Translations under genes and position numbers: made by a program
The notes under the pieces: model-generated
What the model saw: only the letters and a program-made list of their open reading frames with translations
Database searches by the model: none
Told to the model about the DNA's origin: nothing
Assembly (NCBI GenBank): GCA_965203905.1
Contig: CBDBDQ010000005.1
Location: 3,616,001 to 3,680,000, forward strand
Reading direction: 5' to 3'
DNA: 64,000 nucleotides
From: Spirochaetia bacterium
Lineage (GTDB): Bacteria; Spirochaetota; Spirochaetia; SZUA-6; Bin103
Part shown: positions 29,901 to 39,781 of the stretch, in pieces
How positions within the stretch are numbered: position 1 is the stretch's first letter
Layout: each line of letters begins with the position of its first letter

Positions 29901-30127
29901 ATCAGGCCACGGATCGCGCCTACCGCATAGGGCAGCGCAACAGCGTGTTCGTCCACAAGATGGTGACCATGGGCACGCTCGAGGAGCGCATCGACGAGTT
30001 GATCGAGTCCAAGAAGAAGCTGGCGGAGGATATCGTGGGCGGCGACGAGTCGTGGCTGGCGAATCTGGACAACGACGCCTTTCGCCAGTTGATCGCGCTG
30101 GACCGCGGCGACGCGGTGGTAGGCTGA
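26968..30127 (+). CDS. SNF2-family ATPase (HelZ/YwqA-like), apparent 5' frameshift
   Basis: ADDMGLGKT, DESQ, ALTGTPVEN, QATDRAYRIGQ. N-terminal VLHGGW..FLVWAE is in another frame, shift near 27120; main ORF 27182-30127. Confidence 0.88.
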
Positions 30128-30143
30128 CGAGGAGGGCGGCGCA

Positions 30144-31022
30144 TTGGCAGGGCAGAGCAAGACGTGGTGGGGTGAGGAGTTCCTGAACGCCCTGGAGAGC
30201 TGCATGGACGCCGGCCGGCTGTCGAGAGGGAGAAGCTACGCCGCGCCGCGCAGACGGGCGGAGTTCTCGATTCGGCAGGGCAAGATCGAAGCCACGATGG
30301 TCGGCAACATCAATCCCCATTTCGGCGTCTACGAGACCCCTTACTACGCCGTGAAAATCGAGTTCGAGAAGGTCGGCGCCGCGCACTGGAAAGCAATCCT
30401 AGGGCGATTGGGATCCAATGCGGACTGGGTAACGCATCTGATTCTGGGGGAGGTCCCGCCCACTATCGAGAAGGCGTTCGCCGGCTCGAGCGTCAAGCTG
30501 CTGCCGCGAACGGGCCAGGAGATTCGTTCGTCCTGCTCCTGTCCGGACTGGGCCAATCCGTGCAAGCACGTGGCGGGCGTGTACTGCCACGTCGCGGCGC
30601 TGCTGGACCGCGATCCCCTGTTGCTGTTCGAGCTGCGGGGCATGGATCGCTTGCAACTCCGGCAGGCCGTCTCGCGATCCGAATTCGGCGCGGCGTTGCT
30701 CGGCGATGCTGGCGCGGGAGATCCCGATCTTGCGGCGGCAGTGCGGGAACCGCGCTTCCCCGCGGTGGCGGTGAGCGGCAGCGATACCCCCGCCTCCGAC
30801 CTGCGGGCGTTCTGGCGCGGGAGGCCGCTGCCGCGAGAGGTGACGGCGGGGGGTGAGGCCCCGCCAGTCTCCGGCCTGCTGCTGCGCCGGGAGGGCGACT
30901 ATCCCGAGTTTTGGCACCGCAACACCTCGTTCATTGAGGCGATGGCGGCAGTGTACGAGCGCGTCGCAAAGGGGATTCCGCCGAAATCCGCCGAAGCTCT
31001 TCCCGACGGCCGACTTCAATGA
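30144..31022 (+). CDS. SWIM zinc-finger protein (YwqB-like)
   Basis: TWWG..RLSRGRSYA; CSCPDWANPCKH. Confidence 0.92.
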   Translation: MAGQSKTWWGEEFLNALESCMDAGRLSRGRSYAAPRRRAEFSIRQGKIEATMVGNINPHFGVYETPYYAVKIEFEKVGAAHWKAILGRLGSNADWVTHLILGEVPPTIEKAFAGSSVKLLPRTGQEIRSSCSCPDWANPCKHVAGVYCHVAALLDRDPLLLFELRGMDRLQLRQAVSRSEFGAALLGDAGAGDPDLAAAVREPRFPAVAVSGSDTPASDLRAFWRGRPLPREVTAGGEAPPVSGLLLRREGDYPEFWHRNTSFIEAMAAVYERVAKGIPPKSAEALPDGRLQ

Positions 31023-31125
31023 GGTTCGGAACACGAAGCTGTATGGCTTGCCAAGCAGCGCGAGCCATTCGTCGCCGTCGTGCTCTCGGCCGCATCGAAG
31101 GCACCTTGTACTCGGCATGGGTCGG

Positions 31126-32082
31126 TCAAGGAACTTCGCGCGGCGGGCCGTAGCGGGGGATGCCGTAGAGCGCCTTGCGGCGGCGGACGAAATCGCGGTC
31201 GCGGGCCAGTGCGGCTTCCCCGATGCGGTCCGGGTCGTGGAACCACGGGCGGCGCTCGGCCATGCGCGCCCGGATTCTGGCGCGCACCTCCGCGCTCGGC
31301 TCCGGCAGCGGGCTGCGGTTGGCCGCGGGATCGTCGGGCCATCGCCAGGCGCCGGAGAAGTCGTAGTGGCCGAACGGGCCGTAGAACGGCATGCGGAACC
31401 CGATGGTGCTCTTCACGCCGAGTTCGATGTCCTCGGCGGTGGCCACCCCCTCGGCCCACAGGCGCAGCGCCTCGCGCGACAGGGCCGCCGACAGGCGGTT
31501 GATCAGGTAGCCGGGCAGCTCGCGCCGGACCGGAATCGGTATCCTGCCGGTGCGCCGCATCAGCTCGCACATGATCTCGTAGGTCGCGTCGCTGGTGTGC
31601 GCGCCCCTCGCCACCTCCACGCCGGGCACGATGTGCGGCGGCACGAAGTAGTGGGTCAGCCCGGTCCGATCCTGCCGCTCGACGTGCACGGCGATGTCGC
31701 CGAGCATCAGGCCGGAGGTGTTGCTGACCACGATGCAGCCGGGCGCGCACAGCCGGTCCAGGGCACCGAACAACTCCTGCTTGTCGGCCAGGCGCTCCAC
31801 GATCGCCTCGGTAATGAAATCGCTGTGCGCGGCCAGCCGTTCGAGGTCGGTGGTGGTGTCGATCCGAGCGGCGGCCTGATCGGCCTGCTGCCCGGTGACC
31901 AGACCCTCTTCCACGAACAAATCCAGCGCCGCCCGCACCTTGGCCAGCGACCGCTCCAGGATCTCGTCGGTCAGGTCGTAGATCAGCGTCGGGTAGCCGG
32001 CCAGTGCGAAGTTGACGGCGATGCCGAACCCCATGGTGCCGCCGCCGGCGACGCCCACGCGCCGTATGTCCTCTATCTGCAC
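31126..32082 (-). CDS. 3-hydroxyacyl-CoA dehydrogenase family
   Basis: GGGTMGFGIA, EAIVE, SNTSG, HYFVPPH, PGYLINRL. Confidence 0.9.
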   Translation of the reverse strand: MQIEDIRRVGVAGGGTMGFGIAVNFALAGYPTLIYDLTDEILERSLAKVRAALDLFVEEGLVTGQQADQAAARIDTTTDLERLAAHSDFITEAIVERLADKQELFGALDRLCAPGCIVVSNTSGLMLGDIAVHVERQDRTGLTHYFVPPHIVPGVEVARGAHTSDATYEIMCELMRRTGRIPIPVRRELPGYLINRLSAALSREALRLWAEGVATAEDIELGVKSTIGFRMPFYGPFGHYDFSGAWRWPDDPAANRSPLPEPSAEVRARIRARMAERRPWFHDPDRIGEAALARDRDFVRRRKALYGIPRYGPPREVP

Positions 32083-32195
32083 GCTACGCTCCTCGAATGC
32101 CACCGTACCGGAGGTGGGCACCGGTGTCGCGGCCCGCGAGCCTCTCATCTGCTGGTTTGGTTGACCTGGCGGCAGAGCGGCGGTAGCGTCTGACC

Positions 32196-33146
32196 ATGTT
32201 TGGAGCGCAGCTATACAATGTCGGCACGTCGTGGGACGAGATCACGTCGGTGCTGCGGGTGATGGAGGCGGGGACCTGGACCAGCGCTTACGTCTATGAC
32301 CATTTCGTTCCTCCCTTGGGCGGTCGGGCCGTAGAGCTGCGGCCGAATCTGGAGGGCTGGATGCTGCTGGGCGGCATGGCGGCGGTCACCACCAGACTCG
32401 AGCTGGGCGCTCTGGTGTCAGGGAATACCTACCGCAACCCGGCGCTGCTGGCGAAGATGGCGGTGACTCTCGACGAAGTCTCCAAGGGCCGCGCCATCCT
32501 CGGCATCGGGGCGGGCTGGCACGCTCGCGAGCACGAAGCCTACGGCTGGGACTTCCCTTCGTTGGCGGAGCGATCCGATCGCCTGGAGGAAGCCTGCAAA
32601 CTGATCCGGATGCTGTTTCACGCCGGCCCGCAGGAGTTGGTCAACTACGAAGGCAAGTACTATCGGCTGACGGAGGCACCGTTCGTACCGAACCACTACC
32701 GCGGCGCCGGGCCACGCGGGCGCAAGCGCCAGGACGCCATTCCAATCATGGTCGGCGGCAAGGGCCGCAAGCGGACCTTGAAGACCCTCGCTCAGTATGG
32801 TGACATCATGAACGTCATCTCCAGCCCGGAGGAATTCAAGCAGGAATGCGAGGTGCTCGACCGCCACTGCGAAGCGGTCGGTCGCGACCCGGCCGAGATC
32901 TCGCGCACGGTCCACATTCCTTTGCGCATCATGGACGACGAGCAGAACGCGAAAGAGCTGCGCGCCGATGACGACTGGAAGCCGATCGGGTCGGTGCAGC
33001 GCGTCATCGACAAGTGCGGTGATTTCATCGCTGCCGGGGTTGAAGAGTTCTGCTTCGCGGCGATCCCACAGCACCCCGCCGTGTATCAGCGGCTGAATGA
33101 AGAGGTGCTACCCGCGTTCTCTCGCGGACTAGGGGGCAACGCATGA
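32196..33146 (+). CDS. LLM-class (probably F420-dependent) oxidoreductase
   Basis: YDHF, NTYRNPALLAKMAVTLD, LGIGAGW. Confidence 0.9.
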   Translation: MFGAQLYNVGTSWDEITSVLRVMEAGTWTSAYVYDHFVPPLGGRAVELRPNLEGWMLLGGMAAVTTRLELGALVSGNTYRNPALLAKMAVTLDEVSKGRAILGIGAGWHAREHEAYGWDFPSLAERSDRLEEACKLIRMLFHAGPQELVNYEGKYYRLTEAPFVPNHYRGAGPRGRKRQDAIPIMVGGKGRKRTLKTLAQYGDIMNVISSPEEFKQECEVLDRHCEAVGRDPAEISRTVHIPLRIMDDEQNAKELRADDDWKPIGSVQRVIDKCGDFIAAGVEEFCFAAIPQHPAVYQRLNEEVLPAFSRGLGGNA

Positions 33147-34147
33147 AGTTCGGAGTACAAGTGAACTGTTACGGGACCAGTTGGGACCGGATCCGCGCGT
33201 CGATCGAGGCGATGGAGAAGGGTCCGTGGGACAGTCTCTGGTTCGCCGATCATTTTCTCCCACCGGTTTCGGACGACCGGGTTAATCCCAACCTCGAACG
33301 AGAGCAGGGAACGGCGTTCGAGGGCTACACGCTCATCGCCGTGGCGGCCGGCATGACTACCAAGCTGCGGCTCGGTCATCTCGTGCTGGGCAACCCTTAC
33401 CGCAATCCCGGGCTGTTGGCGAAGATGGCGGCGACGCTCGACCAGGCCTCCGAAGGGCGATTCACCCTGTCGCTTGGCGCCGGCTGGTTCGACCGCGAGC
33501 ACGTCGCCTACGGGTGGGGCGAATTCCCGACGATGAGGGAGCTGTCGGACCGCCTGGAGGAATCGTGCGCACTGATTCGCAAGCTGTTCACGGCGGATGG
33601 GCCCGTTACCCACCGCGGCCGGTACTACCGGCTGGAGCAGGCCCCGCTCTCACCGCGGTGCTACCAGGAGCCGCACGTGCCGATCCTGGTCGGTGGCACC
33701 GGTGAGAAACGGACGCTGCGAACGCTGGCCAGGTACGGCGACATCCTGAACTACGACGGCTGGGCGGGACGCGGCATGTCGGTCGAGGTGTTCCGTCACA
33801 AGGTGAGCGTGCTGGAGCGGCACTGCGAGGCCGTTGGGCGTGACCCGGCGGAGATAAAGCGCTCGCTGCTGATGCCGCTGGTCATCACCGACGACCCGGC
33901 GGCCATCGAACGAACCAAGCAGTTCTTCGGCCGGCGGGCCAACACGCGCTACGGCAACTACGCCGGCCGCTTGATGGAGGCACAGGAGGTCGAGGCGGCG
34001 GTAGGGTCGCTCAACGAGGTCATCGATCTGATCGGCAGGTTCGCCGACGAGGGAGTCGACGAGATCATGTTCGGCGCCATTCCGACCGGTGACGTGGAGG
34101 CACTGCAGCGGGTCGAGCAGGACGTCGTCGCGGTATTCGCCCGTTGA
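33143..34147 (+). CDS. LLM-class (probably F420-dependent) oxidoreductase, paralog
   Basis: ADHF, YRNPGLLAKMAATLD, LGAGW; ATGA overlap. Confidence 0.9.
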   Translation: MKFGVQVNCYGTSWDRIRASIEAMEKGPWDSLWFADHFLPPVSDDRVNPNLEREQGTAFEGYTLIAVAAGMTTKLRLGHLVLGNPYRNPGLLAKMAATLDQASEGRFTLSLGAGWFDREHVAYGWGEFPTMRELSDRLEESCALIRKLFTADGPVTHRGRYYRLEQAPLSPRCYQEPHVPILVGGTGEKRTLRTLARYGDILNYDGWAGRGMSVEVFRHKVSVLERHCEAVGRDPAEIKRSLLMPLVITDDPAAIERTKQFFGRRANTRYGNYAGRLMEAQEVEAAVGSLNEVIDLIGRFADEGVDEIMFGAIPTGDVEALQRVEQDVVAVFAR

Positions 34148-34176
34148 ACCTATGCCAACTCGGCTACTGCTGGGGG

Positions 34177-34498
34177 CTACCGGTCACTGCTCCGGCGCCG
34201 GGGGTCGAGCAGGTCGCGCAGGGCGTCGCCGAACATGTTGAGGCTGTACACGACCAGCGTCAGGCACAGGCCCGGCCACGGCGCCAAGCGCGGCGCCGCC
34301 TCCATGTACGTGCGCCCCACGCGGCTCAGCATGCCGCCCCGAGGAAGCTGAGCGCCGCCGCGCTCAGGATGTAGCCGCCGATGCTGATGCTGAAGATGAT
34401 GATCACCGGCGGCGCGATGTTGGGCAGCACGTGACGGGTCAGTATGCGCCACGTGGCCGAGCCGATCGCGTCTCCCGCCTCGAAGTAGACGTTCTCCC
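34177..34498 (-). pseudogene. DppC C-terminal remnant
   Basis: ENVYFEA..RHVLPNIA..WPGLCLTLVVYSLNMFGDALRDLLDPR, with a deletion and shift. Confidence 0.8.
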
Positions 34499-34628
34499 AG
34501 CTCTACGAAGCGGCGCGGGCTACCCGACCGGACTTGCCGGACGAGGAGACTCGCCGGTCTGACCTCGTCACCCATCAGCGCGTACGTGCGCTGCTGGACC
34601 GTGCGGCCCATGTCGGCCGTCGCTGGCG

Positions 34629-35042
34629 TCAGCCGTCCGGTGCGGGTGACTCGCCTGGCATGCTGCCTGCTGAATAGCCGCCGATGATGGCGAGGATCGG
34701 CTTCAGCCGCTGGGCCGTGGGGTCGACATCGACGCCGAACGCCTCCAACGCCGTCGCCCCCAGCAGGTACCGTGAGCCGGACGGTGCGAAGATGATCGGA
34801 CAGGTGAGCGACCCTTCGAGGCCTTCGATGGTCAGCCGCGCCTCGCCGAGCAGGCGCCGTTCGCGGCGGCCGTCAGCCAGGATCAGATCCCGGCTCAGCA
34901 ACGGCGCGACGGCAATTGCATGCAATCGGTGTTCGGGGATGAACGTGTAGAGCGCGCCGGTGTCGACCCAGAATCGTTCTGCGAAGTTCCGGGATGCGTC
35001 GGTGGGGTTGGCCACGGTCACGCCGATCTGAAACATGCCCAC
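34629..35042 (-). CDS. Retropepsin-like aspartic protease (AF_0612-like)
   Basis: VDTGALYT, LADG, LLGATALE..VDP. Confidence 0.85.
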   Translation of the reverse strand: MGMFQIGVTVANPTDASRNFAERFWVDTGALYTFIPEHRLHAIAVAPLLSRDLILADGRRERRLLGEARLTIEGLEGSLTCPIIFAPSGSRYLLGATALEAFGVDVDPTAQRLKPILAIIGGYSAGSMPGESPAPDG

Positions 35043-35135
35043 ACATCCACTCTAGGCACCCACGGTCGGACCGTCAATCTCGGAGTGGCTGGGCCCGCTC
35101 CTACACGTTGCCCCGTTGGCGGCCTGACGTTGCAG

Positions 35136-35465
35136 CTACTTGTAGGGGCCGGCAGCGTCGCGCAGGCCGTCGCCGACGAAGTTGAAGCAGAGCACCGTGA
35201 ACACCACGAACAGCGCCGGAATCAGCAGCCACGGATGCTGTGCCACGGTACGCACGTTCTGCGCCTGCAGGAACTCGATGACGCGCTGCACAAGCATGTC
35301 GACGGCGCCGCCGAAGTAGCCCGAGACGCCGCCGAGCGGGCACCCCAGCACGAAGCTGATCGCGACCCCGAGCAGCCCGATGGAGAGGGAGATGGGGCGC
35401 CGGCCAGCACCCGCGAGAACATGTCGCGCCCGAGGCTGTCGGTGCCGAAAAGGAACAGGTAGCCG
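35136..35465 (-). pseudogene. DppC remnant with internal deletion
   Basis: [24 protein letters not shown] joined to [25 protein letters not shown]. Confidence 0.8.
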
Positions 35466-35550
35466 GCCCAACTCGAAGCCAGGTAATTAGATCTCGACCA
35501 CCCGCAGTTGGGTGCGGACTTCTCGTTCACGCACCGTGCTCACGCCGGCG

Positions 35551-37278
35551 TCACCCTCGATACTCGACCAGCGCGGAGCGGCCCTGGATCTCGGCGACGC
35601 GTACGCTCCGTTCCGTTCCGTTGGCGTCGGCAAGTCGCAGGTCTTCGCCAAGGTTGAACTCGACGGGCTGGGGTATTCCTCCGTTGACCGATATCTCGAA
35701 CGTGTACAGGTAGAGCCGGTCCTGTGGGTCCCGTATCGGATTGATCCACCCGGCGAGTCCCGGCACCGAACCAACCGCCTCGTGGAAGATGACCGATCCC
35801 CCGCCAGGCAGAGAAATCAGCTCCAGGGCAAGCGATCCATCATCCGGTATCCAGCCCGTGCTGACGCATGCACGGAAGCCCTCACGCGCCGCCAACACGG
35901 TCATGGGAAGGTGCGTCGCGTGCAGTTCCAGGTGCGCCATGCCCTCTTCATCGGTGATCGCGCGCTTCCAGGTCCGGTCGGGAAACAGCACCAGCAGCTC
36001 GACCTTGGCGACCGGCGCGTTCTGGCACCGGGTGATGACGACGCTGCGAATCCCATTCCTCCCGGCGAGCGTCGCGCGGCGCACCGTCGCCATGAATCCG
36101 CCGGAAACGGAAAACTCCGGCTCCGAGAGACCGGCGTCGAGGCAGCGGCGGATCATGTCGAGCGTTCCGGTTCCGGACTGCTCGATGTACTGATTCAGAT
36201 ACAACGGGGCCGCGATCAGGGGATTCCCGGGCAGGGATGGGTGAGGCTGCTTCAGTTGCTCGATGGTCAGACTCGGAGGCAACCGCCCCGGGTTCATGAT
36301 CTCCAGACGGTCGGCGAACAGCATGACCTGCACGCTCCCGTGGCTCGTGTAGTCGCGGTGCGCCACCGCGTTGACGATCGCCTCGGTCACGACCTCTTTC
36401 GGGATCTCATAGGTGACCGGCGCGCGCACGCTGTCGGCCCGGGTGCCCACGTGGAGCGCGATCTTGCTCAGCACGAAGTCCACCGCCTGGTCCACCAGAG
36501 CGAAGAGGTTGCCCTCGAACTTCTGATGGGCCGGAATCGGCTTGACGACGTGCCGCCCGTGGAAGTGGGCGCAGGTGACGCCCGAAGAGATCAGGAATCG
36601 TTGCGGCGACTTCCCGAACAGCAGTACCGCCGCGTTCGTGAGCTGCCCATCGTTGCGCAGGTTCAGGTGTTCGAGCAGCGTCTCCGGGGGAGCATCCTCC
36701 GGGAGCGGAAAGCCGCGAACGCGGCGCGCCGTGCGCACAAATCGCGTCATCAGTTCGACGTCGAGGTCGTCCAGGGTCGCCCCGGCACAGGAGGCGGCGT
36801 CGAACGGGCCGAACCGAATGAGTTCCTTCGCCTCCAGGTACTCCACGAGCGCCGCGTAGAGGCCGGCGAGGAGCTCCTCCTGGGTGTTGAATCGCTTTCG
36901 GACGAGCCCCGTCTCGACTCGTCGGATCAGCGCCCGCATTTTCGGGTGGCGGGGTTCTTCCGATTCCCCCTTGACGAAGATCAGCCGGTGCGCGCCGATC
37001 TCCGTCGCGCGGTCGAATTCACGTTCCGTGGGCGAGAGCCCCGCATCGTCCTCGAACCCGTAACCGTTGCCGAAGATCCCGGCATACAGGTCGCACCGCT
37101 CTACCTCGCCCAGGTAGAGCTGGTCCGGCCGCCGATCGGTGGCCGGAACGTCCTCGAACACGAATACGTCGAAGAACCGCCGCAGCAGTGGATCCCCGCG
37201 CACGTAGTCCCGCAACGCGGCGCGTTCGTTGCCAAACTCCCGCTGGACGCTACTGACGAAGATGCGGATCGGGGTCAT
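35551..37278 (-). CDS. DUF4062 + HATPase_c_4 (RecG-like regulator core) protein with unusual C-terminal beta domain
   Basis: IRIFVSSVQREFGNER, TEREFD, TNAAVLLFGK, EAIVNAVAHRDY, NPGRLP, IEQSGTG. Confidence 0.85.
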   Translation of the reverse strand: MTPIRIFVSSVQREFGNERAALRDYVRGDPLLRRFFDVFVFEDVPATDRRPDQLYLGEVERCDLYAGIFGNGYGFEDDAGLSPTEREFDRATEIGAHRLIFVKGESEEPRHPKMRALIRRVETGLVRKRFNTQEELLAGLYAALVEYLEAKELIRFGPFDAASCAGATLDDLDVELMTRFVRTARRVRGFPLPEDAPPETLLEHLNLRNDGQLTNAAVLLFGKSPQRFLISSGVTCAHFHGRHVVKPIPAHQKFEGNLFALVDQAVDFVLSKIALHVGTRADSVRAPVTYEIPKEVVTEAIVNAVAHRDYTSHGSVQVMLFADRLEIMNPGRLPPSLTIEQLKQPHPSLPGNPLIAAPLYLNQYIEQSGTGTLDMIRRCLDAGLSEPEFSVSGGFMATVRRATLAGRNGIRSVVITRCQNAPVAKVELLVLFPDRTWKRAITDEEGMAHLELHATHLPMTVLAAREGFRACVSTGWIPDDGSLALELISLPGGGSVIFHEAVGSVPGLAGWINPIRDPQDRLYLYTFEISVNGGIPQPVEFNLGEDLRLADANGTERSVRVAEIQGRSALVEYRG

Positions 37279-37852
37279 CTCGGCACTGTTCCTTTTTCGT
37301 CGGGCCGTCGGTCGACGTAGTCGGCACCTGAACCGCGTTGCTGGCTCCTACGGACTCTATACCCCCAAAGCCACTGATACGTCGGCGGAAGTCCCAAGTA
37401 CGCCTGTTGAGTCAAATCCGCGAGCGTCCACGGTTTGCTCATTCCGACGGACGCAAGGTTCTTTCGCTGTCCTTCACTCTCTTGCCATGCCGTTTGCACG
37501 TTGAACTGCGCGAACAGCTCCGTACCGGTCAGCACGATCACCGGATTACGACAGTGGCCGCCCGCATCGGGTTCACGACCCCAGACCGAAAGCTCCCTAA
37601 TGCGATTGCATTCTTCCTCAGATAGCTCCGACTTCAGGGTAGCGCACACCGGAAACGTACCAGGCATCAACTCACCGATTCGCACCAAGCGTCGGCGGGA
37701 GCATGAATTACCGGTATGATGGGATTGTACATCCCTCCCCAGAGACAGCTGCAGAGCTGAAAGACCTTGCGCAGCTTGCGGAGGTCGGTTGGACGAACGA
37801 GGAATCCGATACGCGTCGGTCTAAGTCTGAGGTAGCCGGTCAAGGAAGCCAT
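37275..37852 (-). pseudogene. Hypothetical protein, apparently only N- and C-terminal pieces
   Basis: MASLTGYLRLRPTRIGFLV..LWGGMYNPIIPV joined out of frame to VRIGELMPG..VIVLTGTELF. Confidence 0.55.
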
Positions 37853-37980
37853 GGCGAAGCCTTCTCGGCGATGAACGGGTGCACGGCTTGCAGGAACGAC
37901 GCATCTCTGGTTGCCGGTACCGCTTGGCCCTGAGCGCTGCTTCTCCGGTTATGCGAGCTGTGCCCATATCCGGCCGCACC

Positions 37981-38139
37981 GGCGCCGCGGACAATGTTGG
38001 CAACCGATCTTATAGTCACAACCTGCCAATCCTCCGGGAGCACCCCTACCTCGGTGCGTTTGTAGCCGACGGGTACTTCGTACTCCTGGCGGATGCCGCC
38101 TTGGACAGCACGATCCGCTGTCGCCGGGGCTTCACTCAT
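37981..38139 (-). pseudogene. hsdS: Type I R-M specificity subunit, N-terminal remnant
   Basis: VPVGYKRTEVGVLPEDWQVVTI..IVRGA, then breaks off. Confidence 0.8.
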
Positions 38140-39265
38140 CGGTTCCACCTCGTTCTTCGAGTTCCCGGTGGACGCTTGTGAGTTGGGCGGCGAGATCCTG
38201 TTTCGACGGCAGGTAAAGCTGGTACTTCGAGGCGTAGATGTTAGCGCCTTCGGGCAACGTGAGTTCGACCACGGCGTCGTTCTTGCGGTCGCATAGCACG
38301 ATGCCGACGGTCGGCAGCTCGTCGTCGTTCTTTACATAGAGGTCGAAGTAGTTCACGTACATCTGCATCTGGCCGAGATCCTGGTGGGCCAGCTCGCCAC
38401 GCTTGAGGTCGATCAGCACGTAGCAGCGCAGCAGGCGGTTGTAGAACACCAGATCGACGAAGAAATGCTGGTTGCCGAAACTGAAGCGCTTCTGGCGCGC
38501 CTCGAACAGGAAGCCCTTGCCCAACTCCAGGAGGAACTGCTGAAGCCGGTCGATGATCGCGGTCTCCAGTTCGCTCTCGGAGTAAGTGGGCCGCTCCTCC
38601 AGACCCAGGAACTCCAACACCAGTGGGTCCTTGATCAGATCCGACGCATTCTCGACTATCTGCCCCTCGTGGGCGAGGCGGCGAATCGCTTGTTTGTCGC
38701 GGCTGAGGGCGAGTCGTTCGTACAGGGAGCTGTCGAGTTGTCGCTTGAGTTCGCGGACGCTCCAGCCGTTGACCGTGGCCTCGATTTCGTAGAAGCGCCG
38801 CGCCTCGGCGTTGTCGAGAGCCAGAAGGGTAACGTAGTGGGACCAGCCGAGGGTGAACCGGCCTGCCGCGTGCAGTGCGTCCGCTTGGCCGGGGGCAGCA
38901 GGCGTAACGGGAGATTCGACAGACAGCGTCGGGCGAATCCCGGTGCGCCCGGAAGATTCAGCAGACGGTGTCTGTTGAATCTCGGGATAGGTCAGGTAGA
39001 ACTGACGAAACTTGCGCAGGTTGGTAGCAGAACAGCCGTTGATCCCCGCCGCCTTCAGCTTCGCTGACAGACGTTCAATCAACTGTTTGCCATAGACTTC
39101 GCCACGACCGGCGCCGCCGTGTTCGAATTCGACGATGTATTGTCCAAAGAGCCAATTCCGCTCGACCAGTGAGCGATCGACCATCCGGATCGCGCGGCGC
39201 CGCATTTCCTGGTGTGCTCGGCGGCACATCCCGACGAGATGCTCGAAATCGAACGCGCCACTCAT
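38132..39265 (-). CDS. yhcG: YhcG/DUF1016 PD-(D/E)XK nuclease
   Basis: LGWSHY, WSVRELKRQ, KDPLVLEFL, LLELGKGF, VDLVFY, GQMQMYVNY. Confidence 0.93.
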   Translation of the reverse strand: MSGAFDFEHLVGMCRRAHQEMRRRAIRMVDRSLVERNWLFGQYIVEFEHGGAGRGEVYGKQLIERLSAKLKAAGINGCSATNLRKFRQFYLTYPEIQQTPSAESSGRTGIRPTLSVESPVTPAAPGQADALHAAGRFTLGWSHYVTLLALDNAEARRFYEIEATVNGWSVRELKRQLDSSLYERLALSRDKQAIRRLAHEGQIVENASDLIKDPLVLEFLGLEERPTYSESELETAIIDRLQQFLLELGKGFLFEARQKRFSFGNQHFFVDLVFYNRLLRCYVLIDLKRGELAHQDLGQMQMYVNYFDLYVKNDDELPTVGIVLCDRKNDAVVELTLPEGANIYASKYQLYLPSKQDLAAQLTSVHRELEERGGTDE

Positions 39266-39279
39266 GGCGACAGGCCCAT

Positions 39280-39430
39280 TCGCCGCAATTGGCCCTCGAC
39301 GGTGGTCCGGATGCTGGCGCACCATTTGTCCTCGACCACGAGCGTCCCGATCTCGGCCTCGGTAAGCACGGCGCAACGGGCCAGCACCGCGTGGTCCAGG
39401 TCGGCGTGCGCCTCCTCGAGGGCATTCCCG
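39280..39430 (-). pseudogene. hsdM: Type I R-M methyltransferase C-terminal remnant
   Basis: LDHAVLARCAVLTEAEIGTLVVEDKW resembles the HsdM tail L-EAEIK-LVV-DKW; sits upstream of yhcG and hsdS. Confidence 0.7.
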
Positions 39431-39454
39431 GCCTTGGACTCGGCTAATACAGGC

Positions 39455-39700
39455 TCACCGCTCGCCGCGATCATCGGCAATCAGATCCGCGGCTGCAATG
39501 CCGCGGACGGGCTCGGGGTAGGCTTCCTGCAGGCGCCCCGCGGCGTGGCTCCAGTCACACGGCTGTGCGACCGCCCGCAACGGAACGATCCGCGCCACCG
39601 AACGGCCGCGTCGCACGATCTTGATCTCCTCGCCGCCCTCGACCTCGGCAAGCACGGCAGCGAGCCGGTGCTGGATGTGCCGCACGTTGAACGACTTCAT
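39455..39700 (-). CDS. Phd/YefM antitoxin, no cognate toxin
   Basis: LAAVLAEVEGGEEIKIVRRGRSVARIVP. Confidence 0.85.
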   Translation of the reverse strand: MKSFNVRHIQHRLAAVLAEVEGGEEIKIVRRGRSVARIVPLRAVAQPCDWSHAAGRLQEAYPEPVRGIAAADLIADDRGER

Positions 39701-39781
39701 GCCATTACAGACTGCCTGACTGCCCGGTCCTCGTCAACGCAACGGGCCGCCGCCGTCGTCGTCGTCGGCTGCCGACCTCCG

